DNA of 64,000 nt from Candidatus Cloacimonadales bacterium (GCA_963662655.2 CAXXTU010000002.1:2432001-2496000), one strand, 5' to 3'. Shown: positions 10,341 to 21,163, numbered from the stretch's first letter. Program-made: numbers and translations. Notes: generated from the letters alone by a model not told the origin.

Positions 10341-11227
10341 CGAAAATTAGTGATTTATCAATTGTCAAAGCGCATCGAAAAGGCAAAGTACGCGATATTT
10401 ACGACCTGGGAAGCGAACTCTTGATTGTAACCTCGGATCGTCTTTCCGCTTTCGATGTCGTGCTCCCGCAGCCCATTCCGGACAAGGGCAAAATCCTTAC
10501 ACAGATATCCATCTTCTTTTTTGAAAAGACCAAAGATATTGTCGATAATCATCTGATCGCGCACCGCGTGGAGGATTATCCCGTCGAGCTGCACCCGTTC
10601 CGCGAGGAGCTCGAATTCCGCAGCATGCTGGTGAAGAAAACTCGAGTGGTGCCTTACGAATGTATCGTCCGCGGTTATCTCTCCGGTTCAGCCTGGAAGG
10701 AATATCAGAATTCCGGCTCCGTAGGCGGAAGAAAGCTTCCCGAAGGCATGCAGAACAGCCAGGCGTTCCCGAGCCCGATCTTCACGCCATCCACGAAGGC
10801 GGAAGAAGGACACGACGAGAACATCTCCTTCGAGACCATGAAATCCCGTATGGACGATTGGCTTGCCGATCGCCTGCAGCGCGTTAGCCTGGACCTCTTC
10901 AAATTCGCCCATGAGTTCCTGAAAGAGAAAGGAATCCTCTTTGCCGATACCAAATTCGAGTTCGGAACCCAGGCAGGCAAGGTGATCCTGATCGATGAGG
11001 TGTTCACTCCCGATTCATCCCGATTCTGGAACCTGGACGAGTACGAGGTTGGCAGAAACCAGTCGAGCTACGACAAGCAATTCGTGCGTGACTACCTGGA
11101 GACGAGCGGTTGGGACAAGAATCCACCGGCTCCGAATCTTCCGACGGAAATCATTCAACGTACAGCCGATAAATACACCGAAGCCTTCAGAAGAATAACC
11201 GGAGCGAAAGTACTCCCATGGCAGTAA
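10337..11227 (+). CDS. purC: Phosphoribosylaminoimidazolesuccinocarboxamide (SAICAR) synthase
   Basis: 'GKVRDIY', 'SDRLSAFDV', 'ECIVRGYLSGS', 'DTKFEFG', 'TPDSSRFW', 'DKQFVRDYL'. Confidence 0.97.
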   Translation: MTKISDLSIVKAHRKGKVRDIYDLGSELLIVTSDRLSAFDVVLPQPIPDKGKILTQISIFFFEKTKDIVDNHLIAHRVEDYPVELHPFREELEFRSMLVKKTRVVPYECIVRGYLSGSAWKEYQNSGSVGGRKLPEGMQNSQAFPSPIFTPSTKAEEGHDENISFETMKSRMDDWLADRLQRVSLDLFKFAHEFLKEKGILFADTKFEFGTQAGKVILIDEVFTPDSSRFWNLDEYEVGRNQSSYDKQFVRDYLETSGWDKNPPAPNLPTEIIQRTADKYTEAFRRITGAKVLPWQ

Positions 11228-11598
11228 CCATACTGATTGTCGACGACGAGGCGAACGTAACCGATTTTCTCGAGATGGAGCTCAAGGACCTCGGATACGA
11301 AGTTATCAAGGAAAACTCGGGGTACGAAGCGCTGAGCCACGTCATGCAGGGGGAAGTCAATCTGGTCCTCTCCGATATCGCCATGCCCGATATGGACGGC
11401 TACCAGCTCTTCGAACGAATCCGCGAATACGACGAGAAGCTTCCTGTCGTGCTCATGACGGGATTCGGCTACGACCCCAATCACGTGGTCGTGAAATGCC
11501 GCCGGGAAGGCGTGCAGGATATCGTTTTCAAACCGTTCGATATCGATCAATTGAATCATGTACTCCAAAGGAATCTCGAATCTGCCAAAGAGGATTAG
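11218..11598 (+). CDS. Single-domain response regulator (CheY-like)
   Basis: 'ILIVDDE', 'SDIAMPDMDG', 'MTG', 'KPF'. Confidence 0.92.
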   Translation: MAVTILIVDDEANVTDFLEMELKDLGYEVIKENSGYEALSHVMQGEVNLVLSDIAMPDMDGYQLFERIREYDEKLPVVLMTGFGYDPNHVVVKCRREGVQDIVFKPFDIDQLNHVLQRNLESAKED

Positions 11599-12496
11599 TC
11601 TCCTAACCGTCTTCCTGCTGCTGATAAGCGCTTCACTTCTGGCGCAGACCGAAATACGCCAGCTCGATCGCATTACGCTCATCGCGGCCCAACAGGACAT
11701 GCAGGCGGGAGAGTACCTCGCAAAAAAGGTTTCGGCGCACATCGATCGCTTTCAGATCAAGATGGGGCTGTTCCCCCGATTCTCCTATCGCATCCACATC
11801 GCACGAGACGATAGCCAGTACCGCGAGTTCACGGGGAGTGCGGGTGGAATCATCGAGTTCAGCAACGCATTTTATTCACATAAGGATCAAACGGCTTACG
11901 TACGCAACCCAGCCGATCTGCACGACCTCGATCACGTCGTAACCGTGTTGTTCCACGAATACATCCACGCGTTCGTGTTCCGCTACTGGAAGGACGCCCC
12001 GCTATGGTTCCACGAAGGAATGGCCGTTTATTATACGGAAGGTCTCCCCTATTCGCGCTTTCTTTCTTTCATACAATTGTACATCTTCGGAGAAGTCCCC
12101 AGGCTGAACGACATGAGCGATCACTATCCCAAAAATCCGGTGGAGTGGGAAGCCTTCTACATGAAATCGGCCTACGCGATCGATTTCATGCTCAAGAAAT
12201 ATCCCCGGCAGTATTTCACACTCTGGGATTACGCACTTCCGCACCGCGATTTCAATCGGGCGATGCGAGCAGCGTTCATGGCCTCGCCGGAGAACATCGG
12301 CGCGCAGTTCGACGAATACCTGCGCAAGAAAATGCGGATGGAGATGCTTATCGGATTCTCCATGCTGATATGGATGTTCATGCCGTTCCTTGTTTTCATC
12401 GCCTGGATCAGAAAGAAATTCATCAATCGCAGAATCAGGAGAAACTGGGAACTCCTTGAAAATACGGACGAAACAATCGAGACGCCGGAGCGTTGA
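11558..12496 (+). CDS. Peptidase MA-like zinc metalloprotease with C-terminal TM helix
   Basis: HEYIH zinc motif followed by 'PLWFHEG'; signal peptide; start uncertain. Confidence 0.78.
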   Translation: MYSKGISNLPKRISLLTVFLLLISASLLAQTEIRQLDRITLIAAQQDMQAGEYLAKKVSAHIDRFQIKMGLFPRFSYRIHIARDDSQYREFTGSAGGIIEFSNAFYSHKDQTAYVRNPADLHDLDHVVTVLFHEYIHAFVFRYWKDAPLWFHEGMAVYYTEGLPYSRFLSFIQLYIFGEVPRLNDMSDHYPKNPVEWEAFYMKSAYAIDFMLKKYPRQYFTLWDYALPHRDFNRAMRAAFMASPENIGAQFDEYLRKKMRMEMLIGFSMLIWMFMPFLVFIAWIRKKFINRRIRRNWELLENTDETIETPER

Positions 12497-12549
12497 GAAA
12501 TTGCTTGCCTTATCAAAGGGATTTTTAAAAATGCAGTCAATAGATAATA

Positions 12550-14205
12550 TTGATGGAGGATGATATGTACAAACGTATTGCTGTCGTACTCATGCTTGTC
12601 GTTCTGGCGGCTTCAATGTACGCACAAAACATCAAAGTAGGCGTGCTGGGATTTGAAAACACGGATTCCAAAAGCAAGAGCATGGTCAAATACCTTATAG
12701 GTGGCGATCTGGAAGATATCTTCGAATCGGAAGCCGACCTCGAATTGCTCGATCTCAAAGACACCGAAAAACTTGTTAAGAAAGAAGGTTATACGGACCT
12801 TGCGGTACTCGGAACCACGGAAGTTGCTGGACTGGGTGAAAAACTCGGGGCCGATCTGCTCTTCTGGGGAACGGTATCCAACCTCTCCCGCACCGATTAC
12901 CGCGTGCAGATCAAACTGATGTCCATGAAGACACAGGACATGGAATTCCTGACAATCGAAGTCACCACCAACAAGAAAGACCGTCAGGCTCTTCTGAAAG
13001 AAAAGCTTTTCCCGCTCATTCGCAACATGGCCGGCGAAGAACTCAACAAGCTGTGGGATATCCCTTATCAGCAATTCCTTTCCAAGAATTTCGAAGCTGC
13101 GGAAGAAGGATTCCTGAGGTATATCGAAGTCGATCCGGATCGTGCGGACGCTTACTACTACCTTACCATGATGAACTACGAGCGTAAGAATATGGAGCAG
13201 GCCGAGCAGTACGCGCTCACCGGCAAAGAGAAATTCCCCGAAGACATCCGTTTCTACGATTTCCTCGACGCCATCTACAAACAGGCCGGAAGATTCGACG
13301 ACTCGATCACAATCCTCAATCAGCTTGTGGAAATGAAAAACGAAGACAGCATTTGGTTGCGCATCGGTAACCGTTACGCTGACATGGAATACTTCGATGA
13401 AGCGATCGAAGCGCTCAATACGGCGATCGAAATGAATCCGGAGAACAACAAGGCGCACTACCGCCTCGCCATGATCCTCTTCGACGAAGAGAACTACGAA
13501 GGCGCGCTTCCGCACATGCAAATCCTCGTAGACGCTTTCCCCGAGGACGAAGAAGTCACCCGTAAACTGGCGATCTGTTACAACAAGACTGGACGCCTGG
13601 ACGACGCGATTTCTCAGTATCAGCAGGTTATTCAGGACGAACCGGAGAACATCAAGGCATACCTGAACCTTGCCGGCGCTTACCGCGAAGCTGCTGTCAA
13701 CGCGCAGGACAAAGGTGAAAACGCGAAATCGAAGGAATACAACACCCAGGCGCTGAACACGCTGAACACGCTGCAACAGAAAGATCCCGAGAACTATGTC
13801 GTATACCTCCGCAAGGCCGATGTGAATATCGCTCTCGACGATTTTGCCAGCGCTGAAAAAAGCGCGAACAAAGCGCTCGAACTCAACCCGAATCAGTACG
13901 AAGCCTATATGATTCTTTTCCAGGTCGTTCAGAAAAAGGCGTACGCCAAGTACAACGTGCTGGTGGAAAAAGAGAATTTCATAAGCGAGCAGGAACGCCA
14001 GGGCAAGCTCTTCGGTGACGCCATGGACGAGAAAATCGCCGAGAAGAACGTCGTGAAGAAAGCCACGAACGACCTCTTCCGCCAAGCAATGTCGTATCTC
14101 GACGACGCGCAGAAAAACACAGACAAGGCTTCCGTTCTCAACGACATCAAGACGAAGAAGAGCAATCTTATACCGCTCATCGACGGAACCACACAGAAGA
14201 ACTAA
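12550..14205 (+). CDS. Exported tetratricopeptide-repeat protein
   Basis: Signal peptide, CsgG/TolB-N-like N-terminal region, many TPR units (e.g. 'EAIEALNTAIEMNPENNKAHYRLA'). Confidence 0.85.
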   Translation: MMEDDMYKRIAVVLMLVVLAASMYAQNIKVGVLGFENTDSKSKSMVKYLIGGDLEDIFESEADLELLDLKDTEKLVKKEGYTDLAVLGTTEVAGLGEKLGADLLFWGTVSNLSRTDYRVQIKLMSMKTQDMEFLTIEVTTNKKDRQALLKEKLFPLIRNMAGEELNKLWDIPYQQFLSKNFEAAEEGFLRYIEVDPDRADAYYYLTMMNYERKNMEQAEQYALTGKEKFPEDIRFYDFLDAIYKQAGRFDDSITILNQLVEMKNEDSIWLRIGNRYADMEYFDEAIEALNTAIEMNPENNKAHYRLAMILFDEENYEGALPHMQILVDAFPEDEEVTRKLAICYNKTGRLDDAISQYQQVIQDEPENIKAYLNLAGAYREAAVNAQDKGENAKSKEYNTQALNTLNTLQQKDPENYVVYLRKADVNIALDDFASAEKSANKALELNPNQYEAYMILFQVVQKKAYAKYNVLVEKENFISEQERQGKLFGDAMDEKIAEKNVVKKATNDLFRQAMSYLDDAQKNTDKASVLNDIKTKKSNLIPLIDGTTQKN

Positions 14206-14225
14206 GCATCTTACCAGAATAAACG

Positions 14226-14257
14226 ACGGCTCCCCGATACGAGGAGCCGTTTTTTTT
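14226..14257 (+). terminator. Rho-independent terminator
   Basis: ACGGCTCC...GGAGCCGT followed by a T tract. Confidence 0.8.
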
Positions 14258-14271
14258 CAGAGATATTTTAC

Positions 14272-14360
14272 GTGTGGAGAATACTAACGATCCGCAAACA
14301 CGATTTCGCAAAGCGAAATCACAACGCTCATGAATTCGTTTTCACTTCGTGAAAGCCGAA
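14272..14360 (-). repeat. Dispersed hairpin element, partial copy (loop segment plus right end)
   Basis: Reverse complement 'ttcggctttcacgaagtgaaaacgaattcatgagcgttgtgatttcgctttgcgaaatcgtgtt' aligns without gaps to 3176-3239; GTGTGG-N10-CGATCCGC matches the reverse-complemented right end of copy A. Confidence 0.7.
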
Positions 14361-14361
14361 T

Positions 14362-16521
14362 TTACTTTAGCATCACCATTTTTTTGACCGAGACGTAACG
14401 TCCGCCCTTTATACGATAGAGATAAACACCTGAAGCAACATGATTCCCGTTGAAATCTTCACCACTCCAGGTAACGGCATGATTCCCGCCCGGCATCTTC
14501 TCGTCGATCAGCGTACGTACGAGCTGCCCCTTGAGGTTGAATACTTCAAGTGTGACATCGCATGCAACCGGCAGCGAGAAGCTGATCCGCGTTGTAGGGT
14601 TGAAGGGATTGGGATACGCCTCGAGAGAGAATTCCGAGCATGGGACATCGTCTTCTCCCGCGTCCATTCCGATCTCGACGGTCTCAGCGTTTGACGGGTT
14701 CGATTCTCCATTATCGTACACGGCAATAACTGCGTATGTATATTCACCGGCCTCCAGGTTTTCGTCCATATATTCCGGGTCCACCAGCCACAAGGGGTTA
14801 ATGACGGTCCCATTCCGAAGCAGATTGTAACCCAGGAACATCCGATTCCTCGATTGCCCTGATTTCAGCACATGCTGCCGTCCCGTTGCCAGGTCCGATA
14901 TATTCACGCTGGTCAGCCACTCGCTATCAATTTGCTCCCAGGTACCCGATCCGCCCCACCAGCTATGACTGTTGTCGACGCACTCCCCCGAAGTGCTGGA
15001 CGGACAGAACGTCACCTCATCAACTGTGCGGATGGTAATATAGAAATCATCGTTAACCGTAAGAGGAGTTTCCATGATGTGTATCGTACTCACCGGAGAA
15101 CGCAGCGCCGTTTGCGGTGACGACTCATACAATACGGTCTCGAAATCCGCATCGTATATCTTCACGATGAACTGGTCATTATTGCCCCATGGGTTTGACA
15201 CGTGATCGTAGAACATGTGTTGCATTTGCAAAATGGTTGCGGGATAGGAGAAGTCAAAGGTATCATCGCTGAAGAGAATCGCACGTTCGGGACCGGCAAA
15301 CTGAATCAGGGACACTTCATCGGCGTAAGAATACCATACACCTTCATCGTTCACCGGCGGCGTCCATGTCAGATGGACGTTATTGCCATCCACCACCTCC
15401 GCGACGAGATTCGTTGCGGGAGCGAGCTCGTTCGGTTCCACCGGATACAAATCGAAAATGGCGACTTGCTCATAGGTGTAGTCATGGCTTCCAGGTGCGA
15501 GATTCGAGAAGTAGTAATAACCGTTACACGCTCCTCCCCAGCCCCAATTCACATGGAAATGATCAGTATCCTCATAACCGTCGATGACGAAAGCGTGACC
15601 GCCTCCATCTTCTTCGGTTCCGAGATAATACACTGGCCGACCCTGATCCAGTTCACCGCGCACCATTTCATCCCAAACGTCATCCTCGAAGCTGTGACGT
15701 GGCATCAATTGCGCCTGGGGATTGTATGAGAAATGTGTTGCAAAAGCATAGTACACACTCTCGGAATTCGAGCCTGAAGCGCTGGTGCCGTAATCCATAT
15801 CCATGGCCACACCGGCGTGGAAACATATCTCGGCGACTTCTTCGTTGTACTCCGTCAGGGAATCGGGCATTTCCGACCACACATAGGTAGCCTCGGAGAA
15901 ATCGGCTGAGATCGTACCGTAGTTACCGTGCTCGTAACTGTGAGAGCCCACGCCATTTACCGGATGTTCCCAGTATCGCATCAATTGCGCTGCCGCTGTA
16001 GCGCAGCATCCCACGAGAACATGACCGCCCGTTCCGGCCTCATCTTCGGGACAATGCGCATTGTAAGGCCAGTGTTGACGCCAGATGGATGTAATCATGG
16101 GCTCGACGTTACGATCGATTCGGCCACCTGGTTCGATACCTGCGAGCAGGTCGTCCCATATGGGTCGCATGGTCGCATTGGATGTTTTCTGCGTAGCGAT
16201 CATCCTCATTTGCCGCTGAATCGAAGCAAGCCAATCCTCCACCGCCGGATTTTCGGACGGACGGAAATCTCCGGTCTCGCTCCACGCGATCACCGGATAC
16301 GCAGCGTTGTCACCGGATACAAGTACGAATCCTCCTCCGGAAAATTGGCACAGCCACACGCCTTGCTCAAGATGTTGAGTTGTTGTAAGCTGTCGGCCCA
16401 TATCGTTTGTCTTGAGTTGAAACCAGTTTGTGGCTGCCTGAGCCACGACGGCCTCGTCGACGGGGAGAGAAAGAAGAATGATTGTTAACGCCAGAAACAA
16501 GATGGTGAAAATGACTCGCAT
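14362..16521 (-). CDS. C10 family (SpeB/streptopain-like) cysteine peptidase with FN3-like and C-terminal sorting domains
   Basis: 'WRQHWPYN', 'VGCCATAAAQ', 'GHAFVIDGY', 'FHVNWGW'; GGAGG RBS; 'YPNPFNP' CTD. Confidence 0.92.
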   Translation of the reverse strand: MRVIFTILFLALTIILLSLPVDEAVVAQAATNWFQLKTNDMGRQLTTTQHLEQGVWLCQFSGGGFVLVSGDNAAYPVIAWSETGDFRPSENPAVEDWLASIQRQMRMIATQKTSNATMRPIWDDLLAGIEPGGRIDRNVEPMITSIWRQHWPYNAHCPEDEAGTGGHVLVGCCATAAAQLMRYWEHPVNGVGSHSYEHGNYGTISADFSEATYVWSEMPDSLTEYNEEVAEICFHAGVAMDMDYGTSASGSNSESVYYAFATHFSYNPQAQLMPRHSFEDDVWDEMVRGELDQGRPVYYLGTEEDGGGHAFVIDGYEDTDHFHVNWGWGGACNGYYYFSNLAPGSHDYTYEQVAIFDLYPVEPNELAPATNLVAEVVDGNNVHLTWTPPVNDEGVWYSYADEVSLIQFAGPERAILFSDDTFDFSYPATILQMQHMFYDHVSNPWGNNDQFIVKIYDADFETVLYESSPQTALRSPVSTIHIMETPLTVNDDFYITIRTVDEVTFCPSSTSGECVDNSHSWWGGSGTWEQIDSEWLTSVNISDLATGRQHVLKSGQSRNRMFLGYNLLRNGTVINPLWLVDPEYMDENLEAGEYTYAVIAVYDNGESNPSNAETVEIGMDAGEDDVPCSEFSLEAYPNPFNPTTRISFSLPVACDVTLEVFNLKGQLVRTLIDEKMPGGNHAVTWSGEDFNGNHVASGVYLYRIKGGRYVSVKKMVMLK

Positions 16522-16571
16522 ACTACCTCCTAAAAGTCATCGCGGAACAAGAAGGTTATATGTGACATATC

Positions 16572-16607
16572 GGTTACACGTGTAACCTATTTGAGAAATG
16601 ATGTCAA
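16572..16607 (-). promoter_or_regulatory. Putative sigma70 promoter with a perfect 16-bp palindrome over the -10 region
   Basis: Minus strand TTGACA-N17-TACACG; GGTTACACGTGTAACC at 16572-16587. Confidence 0.5.
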
Positions 16608-16634
16608 TGTTTATCTTTTCTCAAAGGGTAGTTT

Positions 16635-17967
16635 TGTCCCGTCCTAAAATAGTTGACCAGCTTTTTCGTGTTTGATTTCATTTCGATTGCTTCCTACGCT
16701 GCGTTCAATATCTCGTTCGGTGTGCGGTAGCCCTGCGTGATGATGAGCCGTTCTTCGTTGTAGATCCGAACTGCTTCCTCTACGTACTTCAGCGCGTCGT
16801 CGAAGTCCCTGAATCTCCGTTCCAGCCCCAACTCGTGCTTCAGAATCCCGTTGATGCGCTCCGCCTTGGCGTTGTCGTAGCACTTGCCCGGACCGGTCAT
16901 GCTGGTGCGATAGCAGTAGCGTCGCAGCGCGTTCTGGAAGCAGGCGCTGGTGAATTGCGTACCATGATCGGAGTGGTGGATGCAGCCTTTGATATCCACG
17001 GCTCCGGCATTGCGCAACGACCTCATCGCCCGTTTCAGAGAGAGCGCGGGACCATGCGTGCGCAGGTCGGGCTGCAGCGAATATCCCAGGATCGCGTCCG
17101 AGTACTGATCCGAGGTCAGCGAAAGGTAGGCGAATCCGCGTTGCAAGCGGATGTAGGTGATGTCGCTCGCGATGATCTGGCCGACGCGGCGAGCGATGAT
17201 GTCCTTCACCAGGTTCGGGTGTCGACTGCGGCTGCCCAGGCTCGTGCGGAGGTATGAGCGGTACGCCGTCGACAGCAGCCCGTAGTCGCGCAGGATGCCG
17301 AACAGCCGGTCGCGACCAACCTCGAGCCCGCGCGCCTTCAGCATGTATTGCAGCTTCCGCGCCCCGACGCGTGGCTGTTTCACGCGAATCTCGCGCACGG
17401 CGGATACGATCTCCTCCACCTCCGCCTGGAGCCGATGGAGCCGCTTCCTGTGCTGGTAGTAGCTCTGCTTGCTGCGACCGAACAAGCCGCAAATCACCTG
17501 CATGTTCGCGGCTACTTCTCTTTCTTTCGCGACAGCTCGACATTCGGTGACAACAGCGAACCAGTCTTTTTTTTTGCGCTGTTGCCGTACTTGCGCTCGG
17601 TCACGTTCACGATCGCCTGCAACGCGCAGTTCTCCAGCACTTTCTCGCTCAACGCAGCCTGCAAATCCTGCACCTTCTTCTCCAGCTCCGCGATTGTCTT
17701 GTCCTTGTAATCTTCTTTCGCCATGCGACCTCGCTTTTGAGCTCCCTTGCGTCGCGCCGGCTTCACGGCGTCCTCTTTGATCCAGCGATACAGCGTGCGA
17801 ACGGATATGTCGTACTGCTCCGCGAGCTCCGCCACGCAGTAGTCGCTCGTCAGCACGTGATGCAGAACACGCGCCTTCACCTCGCAACGCTTCGCCCGTC
17901 GTTTCACATTTTCTCCCATACCTGAGCCTCCTTCGACCCAACGGTCAACCTATTTCAGGACGGGACA
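16635..17967 (-). mobile_element. IS3-family insertion sequence, copy 1 (1333 bp)
   Basis: Terminal inverted repeats TGTCCCGTCCT(A/G)AAATAG(G)TTGACC; orfA/orfB with A9G slippery site; no flanking target duplication seen. Confidence 0.95.
16694..17919 (-). CDS. IS3-family transposase OrfAB (orfA 17512-17919; -1 programmed frameshift at 17567-17575)
   Basis: HTH orfA with AGGAGG RBS; DDE motifs 'SDITYI', 'HHSDHGTQF', 'DNAKAERINGILKHE'. Confidence 0.92.
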
Positions 17968-18542
17968 CCACACTCGAGGTCAGCCTGTGTCATTTTGTTG
18001 CCATTCTGGTCGTAAATAACGACCCCGGACTGGCTGGCGAAGTTGCTGGATTCGACATTGTATCTGAAATCTGCAGCATATATACAAGGGTCATCAAAAT
18101 AGTACTGTTCATCTATAAAATCGTATGGATCTTCTTTTGGCTCTTCAAACATGAGCCAGTAGCCATTGGTATTGACAGGCACGATTTCTGATATGTACGG
18201 GTTGATCGGGCAGCGATTCAACAGATTGTTATTGGCATCGTACCATTCCCAGTATTGCAGATATTCCGATTTCCGCAGGGTAACGCCAAGGTCTGAGGTT
18301 GGTGTCAGTGTAAATTCTCGTTCTTTTTTCATTTTCTCGATCGTCACCTCACCAAGTGCATGCTTCGTTGCCGGTGCACGGTGTACCACCACAGGCTCAT
18401 CGCCGAGGTCTATCTCTTCAATAAGTTCAAAACGTTGTTCTCCATATACGGTGAATTGGGTTATTCCTTCTCCATGTAGTGTGGGATATGCGAAGATAGC
18501 CGAAACGAATAGTAACAGAGCGATGGTGGTGGTTGTGCGCAT
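17968..18542 (-). pseudogene. Secreted protein truncated at its 3' end by the IS
   Basis: Signal peptide and AAGGAG RBS; the ORF reads into the IS inverted repeat and stops there (…ECGVPS*). Confidence 0.7.
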
Positions 18543-18781
18543 GATGATCTCCTTACGATCAGATGGGACGGCAATCTGGTTAAAATGTCAATAACTATTT
18601 GTTTGTTAATTTAATGTTGGCTTCGTGTCTGAATCAATGATTTCGAGAACGATGGCGATGAAGTAGAGCGAGCCCACGCCCACGCGATTAGTGAATTAAA
18701 TAAGTGGACAATTTCAAGCGTTATGGTTACTTTTGAGTGCCATAGCATTTTTATGGCAAAAAATACTTGAAAGGATTGATT

Positions 18782-20317
18782 ATGCTGAATGTCTCAATTG
18801 CACCAGACGGTACAAAATATCCACTTCCCAAAGAGGAAGAAAATGTAAAAGAGCGTCAGGAAATCCTGCGCATTACCGAAGAACAACGTAAAAAGGGAAG
18901 AAAAATCGTCACCGTACAGGGCATGGGCTTCGTGGGCTGTGTGATGGCGAGTGTTATTGCCGACGCAACAAACGATAACGGTGAAACGATCTACTTCGTG
19001 CATGGGCATCAGCGTCCATCGCGTCGTTCGTTTTGGAAAGTCCCGGTTATCAACACGGGCGAAGCGCCTGTCAGTTCTTCCGATCCGGAGATTCCCGAAA
19101 TATTCAAGCGCTGCGTCGTGGAGAAGGACAGCCTCCGCGCGACCTGGGAGAACACGGCATACGAAGTGGCCGATGTTGTCGTTGTCGATATCCAGTTGGA
19201 CGCGACCAAACCCGCGTTCGGCGAAGCGGAGAAGGGCTATTGCGATGTCTCTCACTTCCGTGAAGGTATGCGTACGCTCGGACAGCACATCAAGCCGGAT
19301 TGCCTGGTGCTTGTCGAAACAACCGTTCCTCCGGGAACATCGGAACGAATCGTGAAGCCGATTCTGGAAGAAGAATTCACCAAGCGAGGCATCGATATCG
19401 AGAAGAACCCCCCGCTGGTGGCGCATTCCTACGAGCGCGTTATGCCCGGTGCAAGATACGTTGAATCGATTCGCGACTACTGGCGCGTTTTCTCCGGCGT
19501 TAACCAGAAGAGTAAAGACCTGGCTCGCGAGTTCCTTACCGATGTTCTCAACACCAAAGAATTTCCGCTCACAGAGCTCGATAATACAAACGCCTCCGAG
19601 ATGGCGAAGGTCATGGAAAACTCCTACCGCGCCGCGAACATCGCGTTGACCCTGGAGTGGGCTCGTTTCGCGGAGAAAATCGGCGTGGACATCTTCAAGG
19701 TTCGAGACGCCATCCGCAAGAGAGAGACGCACAACAACCTCCTGCGCCCAAGTCTTGGCGTCGGTGGATATTGCCTTACGAAGGACCCCGTTCTTGCCAA
19801 CTGGGCGATGCGCGATGTCTTCGAGATCGACGACACGCTCGCGGTTGCGATCAATGCGGTGAATATCAACGATACCATGCCGCGCCACACCATCGCGATC
19901 ATCAAGGAAGAGTATCCCGAGCTGAAGGACGTGAAGATCGCCGTTCTGGGCGTTTCCTATCTGGAGGACGTGGGCGATACGCGCCACTCGCCGTCCGAGA
20001 CGCTCGTGAAAGAGCTCAAGGGCGAATGGGCGATCGTGAACGTTCATGACGTCTATGTGGAGACCTGGCCAGAGATGGATATGGAATGCATCGAGAAAGA
20101 CATGGCAGTCACCCTCAAAGACGCGGATGTTGTCGTGATGGCCGTGGGACACTCCGACTACAAGAATCTGAAGCCGGAAGAACTCCTCGCCATGTGCGGA
20201 ACCAAGCCGCTCGTCATCGATTGCTCCAACTTCCTTGCAGATGACAAGATCAAAGCCTATAAAGACCTGGGGTGCAAAGTGAAGGGTGTCGGCAAGGGCC
20301 ACATCAAGCATCTTTGA
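18782..20317 (+). CDS. Nucleotide-sugar dehydrogenase (UDP-glucose/GDP-mannose dehydrogenase family)
   Basis: 'QGMGFVG', 'ETTVPPGT', 'ERVMPG', 'AKVMENSYR', 'GVGGYCLTKD', 'DTRHSPS'. Confidence 0.92.
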   Translation: MLNVSIAPDGTKYPLPKEEENVKERQEILRITEEQRKKGRKIVTVQGMGFVGCVMASVIADATNDNGETIYFVHGHQRPSRRSFWKVPVINTGEAPVSSSDPEIPEIFKRCVVEKDSLRATWENTAYEVADVVVVDIQLDATKPAFGEAEKGYCDVSHFREGMRTLGQHIKPDCLVLVETTVPPGTSERIVKPILEEEFTKRGIDIEKNPPLVAHSYERVMPGARYVESIRDYWRVFSGVNQKSKDLAREFLTDVLNTKEFPLTELDNTNASEMAKVMENSYRAANIALTLEWARFAEKIGVDIFKVRDAIRKRETHNNLLRPSLGVGGYCLTKDPVLANWAMRDVFEIDDTLAVAINAVNINDTMPRHTIAIIKEEYPELKDVKIAVLGVSYLEDVGDTRHSPSETLVKELKGEWAIVNVHDVYVETWPEMDMECIEKDMAVTLKDADVVVMAVGHSDYKNLKPEELLAMCGTKPLVIDCSNFLADDKIKAYKDLGCKVKGVGKGHIKHL

Positions 20318-20342
20318 TCAGTAACAACCTAAAGAATATATT

Positions 20343-20372
20343 GCCGCCGGCGGAAACTGCCGGCGGTTTTTT
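20343..20372 (+). terminator. Rho-independent terminator
   Basis: GCCGCCGGCGG-AAA-CTGCCGGCGGT followed by TTTTT. Confidence 0.82.
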
Positions 20373-20453
20373 ATTAACAGCCCTAAAATCTAATTGACAA
20401 ATACGGGATATATTTAATTCTGTTAAAAATCCTTACCCAAGAGGTTCAATCGT

Positions 20454-21163
20454 ATGCAGCAGATTTCCGTTTCTATTGTTAATAAAGAAGAAATTGAGAA
20501 CAGAGATTATCTTCTTCAAGCCCACAATTCTTTTCGTGAGGAAATTCTTCAGCGTGAAACAAATTGCATGACAGAGCTTGGGATACTCGTTACGATCTTC
20601 ACAGGTTATGCTGTTTCACTACACAAGTACACAAATGGTAGCCTGCCTGATCCGCTATTTCTTTTAATTTCTATATGTTCCATTTTAGGTGCATTAATGG
20701 GGGTAACGATATGTGTGCTTCATGGCTATCACTTTCGTTTTGCCCTGTTTCAACTCCATAAAATAGAGAATAAATTGTGTTTAGAAAAAGTTCAATTGAA
20801 CAGATGGCTTAAATATAATGATTACAAAGATGCATATATAAAAAGACGAAGGGGAAACCACTAAACAAACGAGAAGAAAAAGCATATAGTATTGAACCTC
20901 CAAATATTATAAACCTATTCAAGCATGTATTTATGATTATTATTGTGATGATTTCTGCTCTTACAATCATTTTCATTTATTTTAAAATATCTTCATTGGT
21001 TTTTTCTATTTCCAGGGCTCTTGAAATCATGTGTTACTTGAGTACACTATTAGCTGTTACACCGACGGTAATTACGATAAATCATTCACTCCCAAATTTT
21101 ATTGCAACGCACTGGAAAAGGGAGTTTGAAGACCTCCTTTACAAGGAGTTTTCCGAATTATAA
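20454..21163 (+). pseudogene. AT-rich membrane protein gene, probably one frameshifted ~4-TM protein (ORFs 20454-20864 and 20933-21163)
   Basis: The frame of the second ORF is open from 20822, overlapping the first ORF across a TATATAAAAA tract; two TM segments in each half. Confidence 0.5.

Noticed and set aside
16644..17941. 415-aa and 299-aa ORFs within the IS as separate proteins
   Set aside because: The 415-aa ORF is the orfB frame extended to a TTG with no RBS; orfA with a -1 frameshift explains the element. The 299-aa frame has no motifs.
18794..20311. Long antisense ORFs (also 12613-14085, 25111-26529, 48249-49715, 50592-51623)
   Set aside because: They mirror well-supported genes and have no motifs; expected from codon bias in GC-rich genes.
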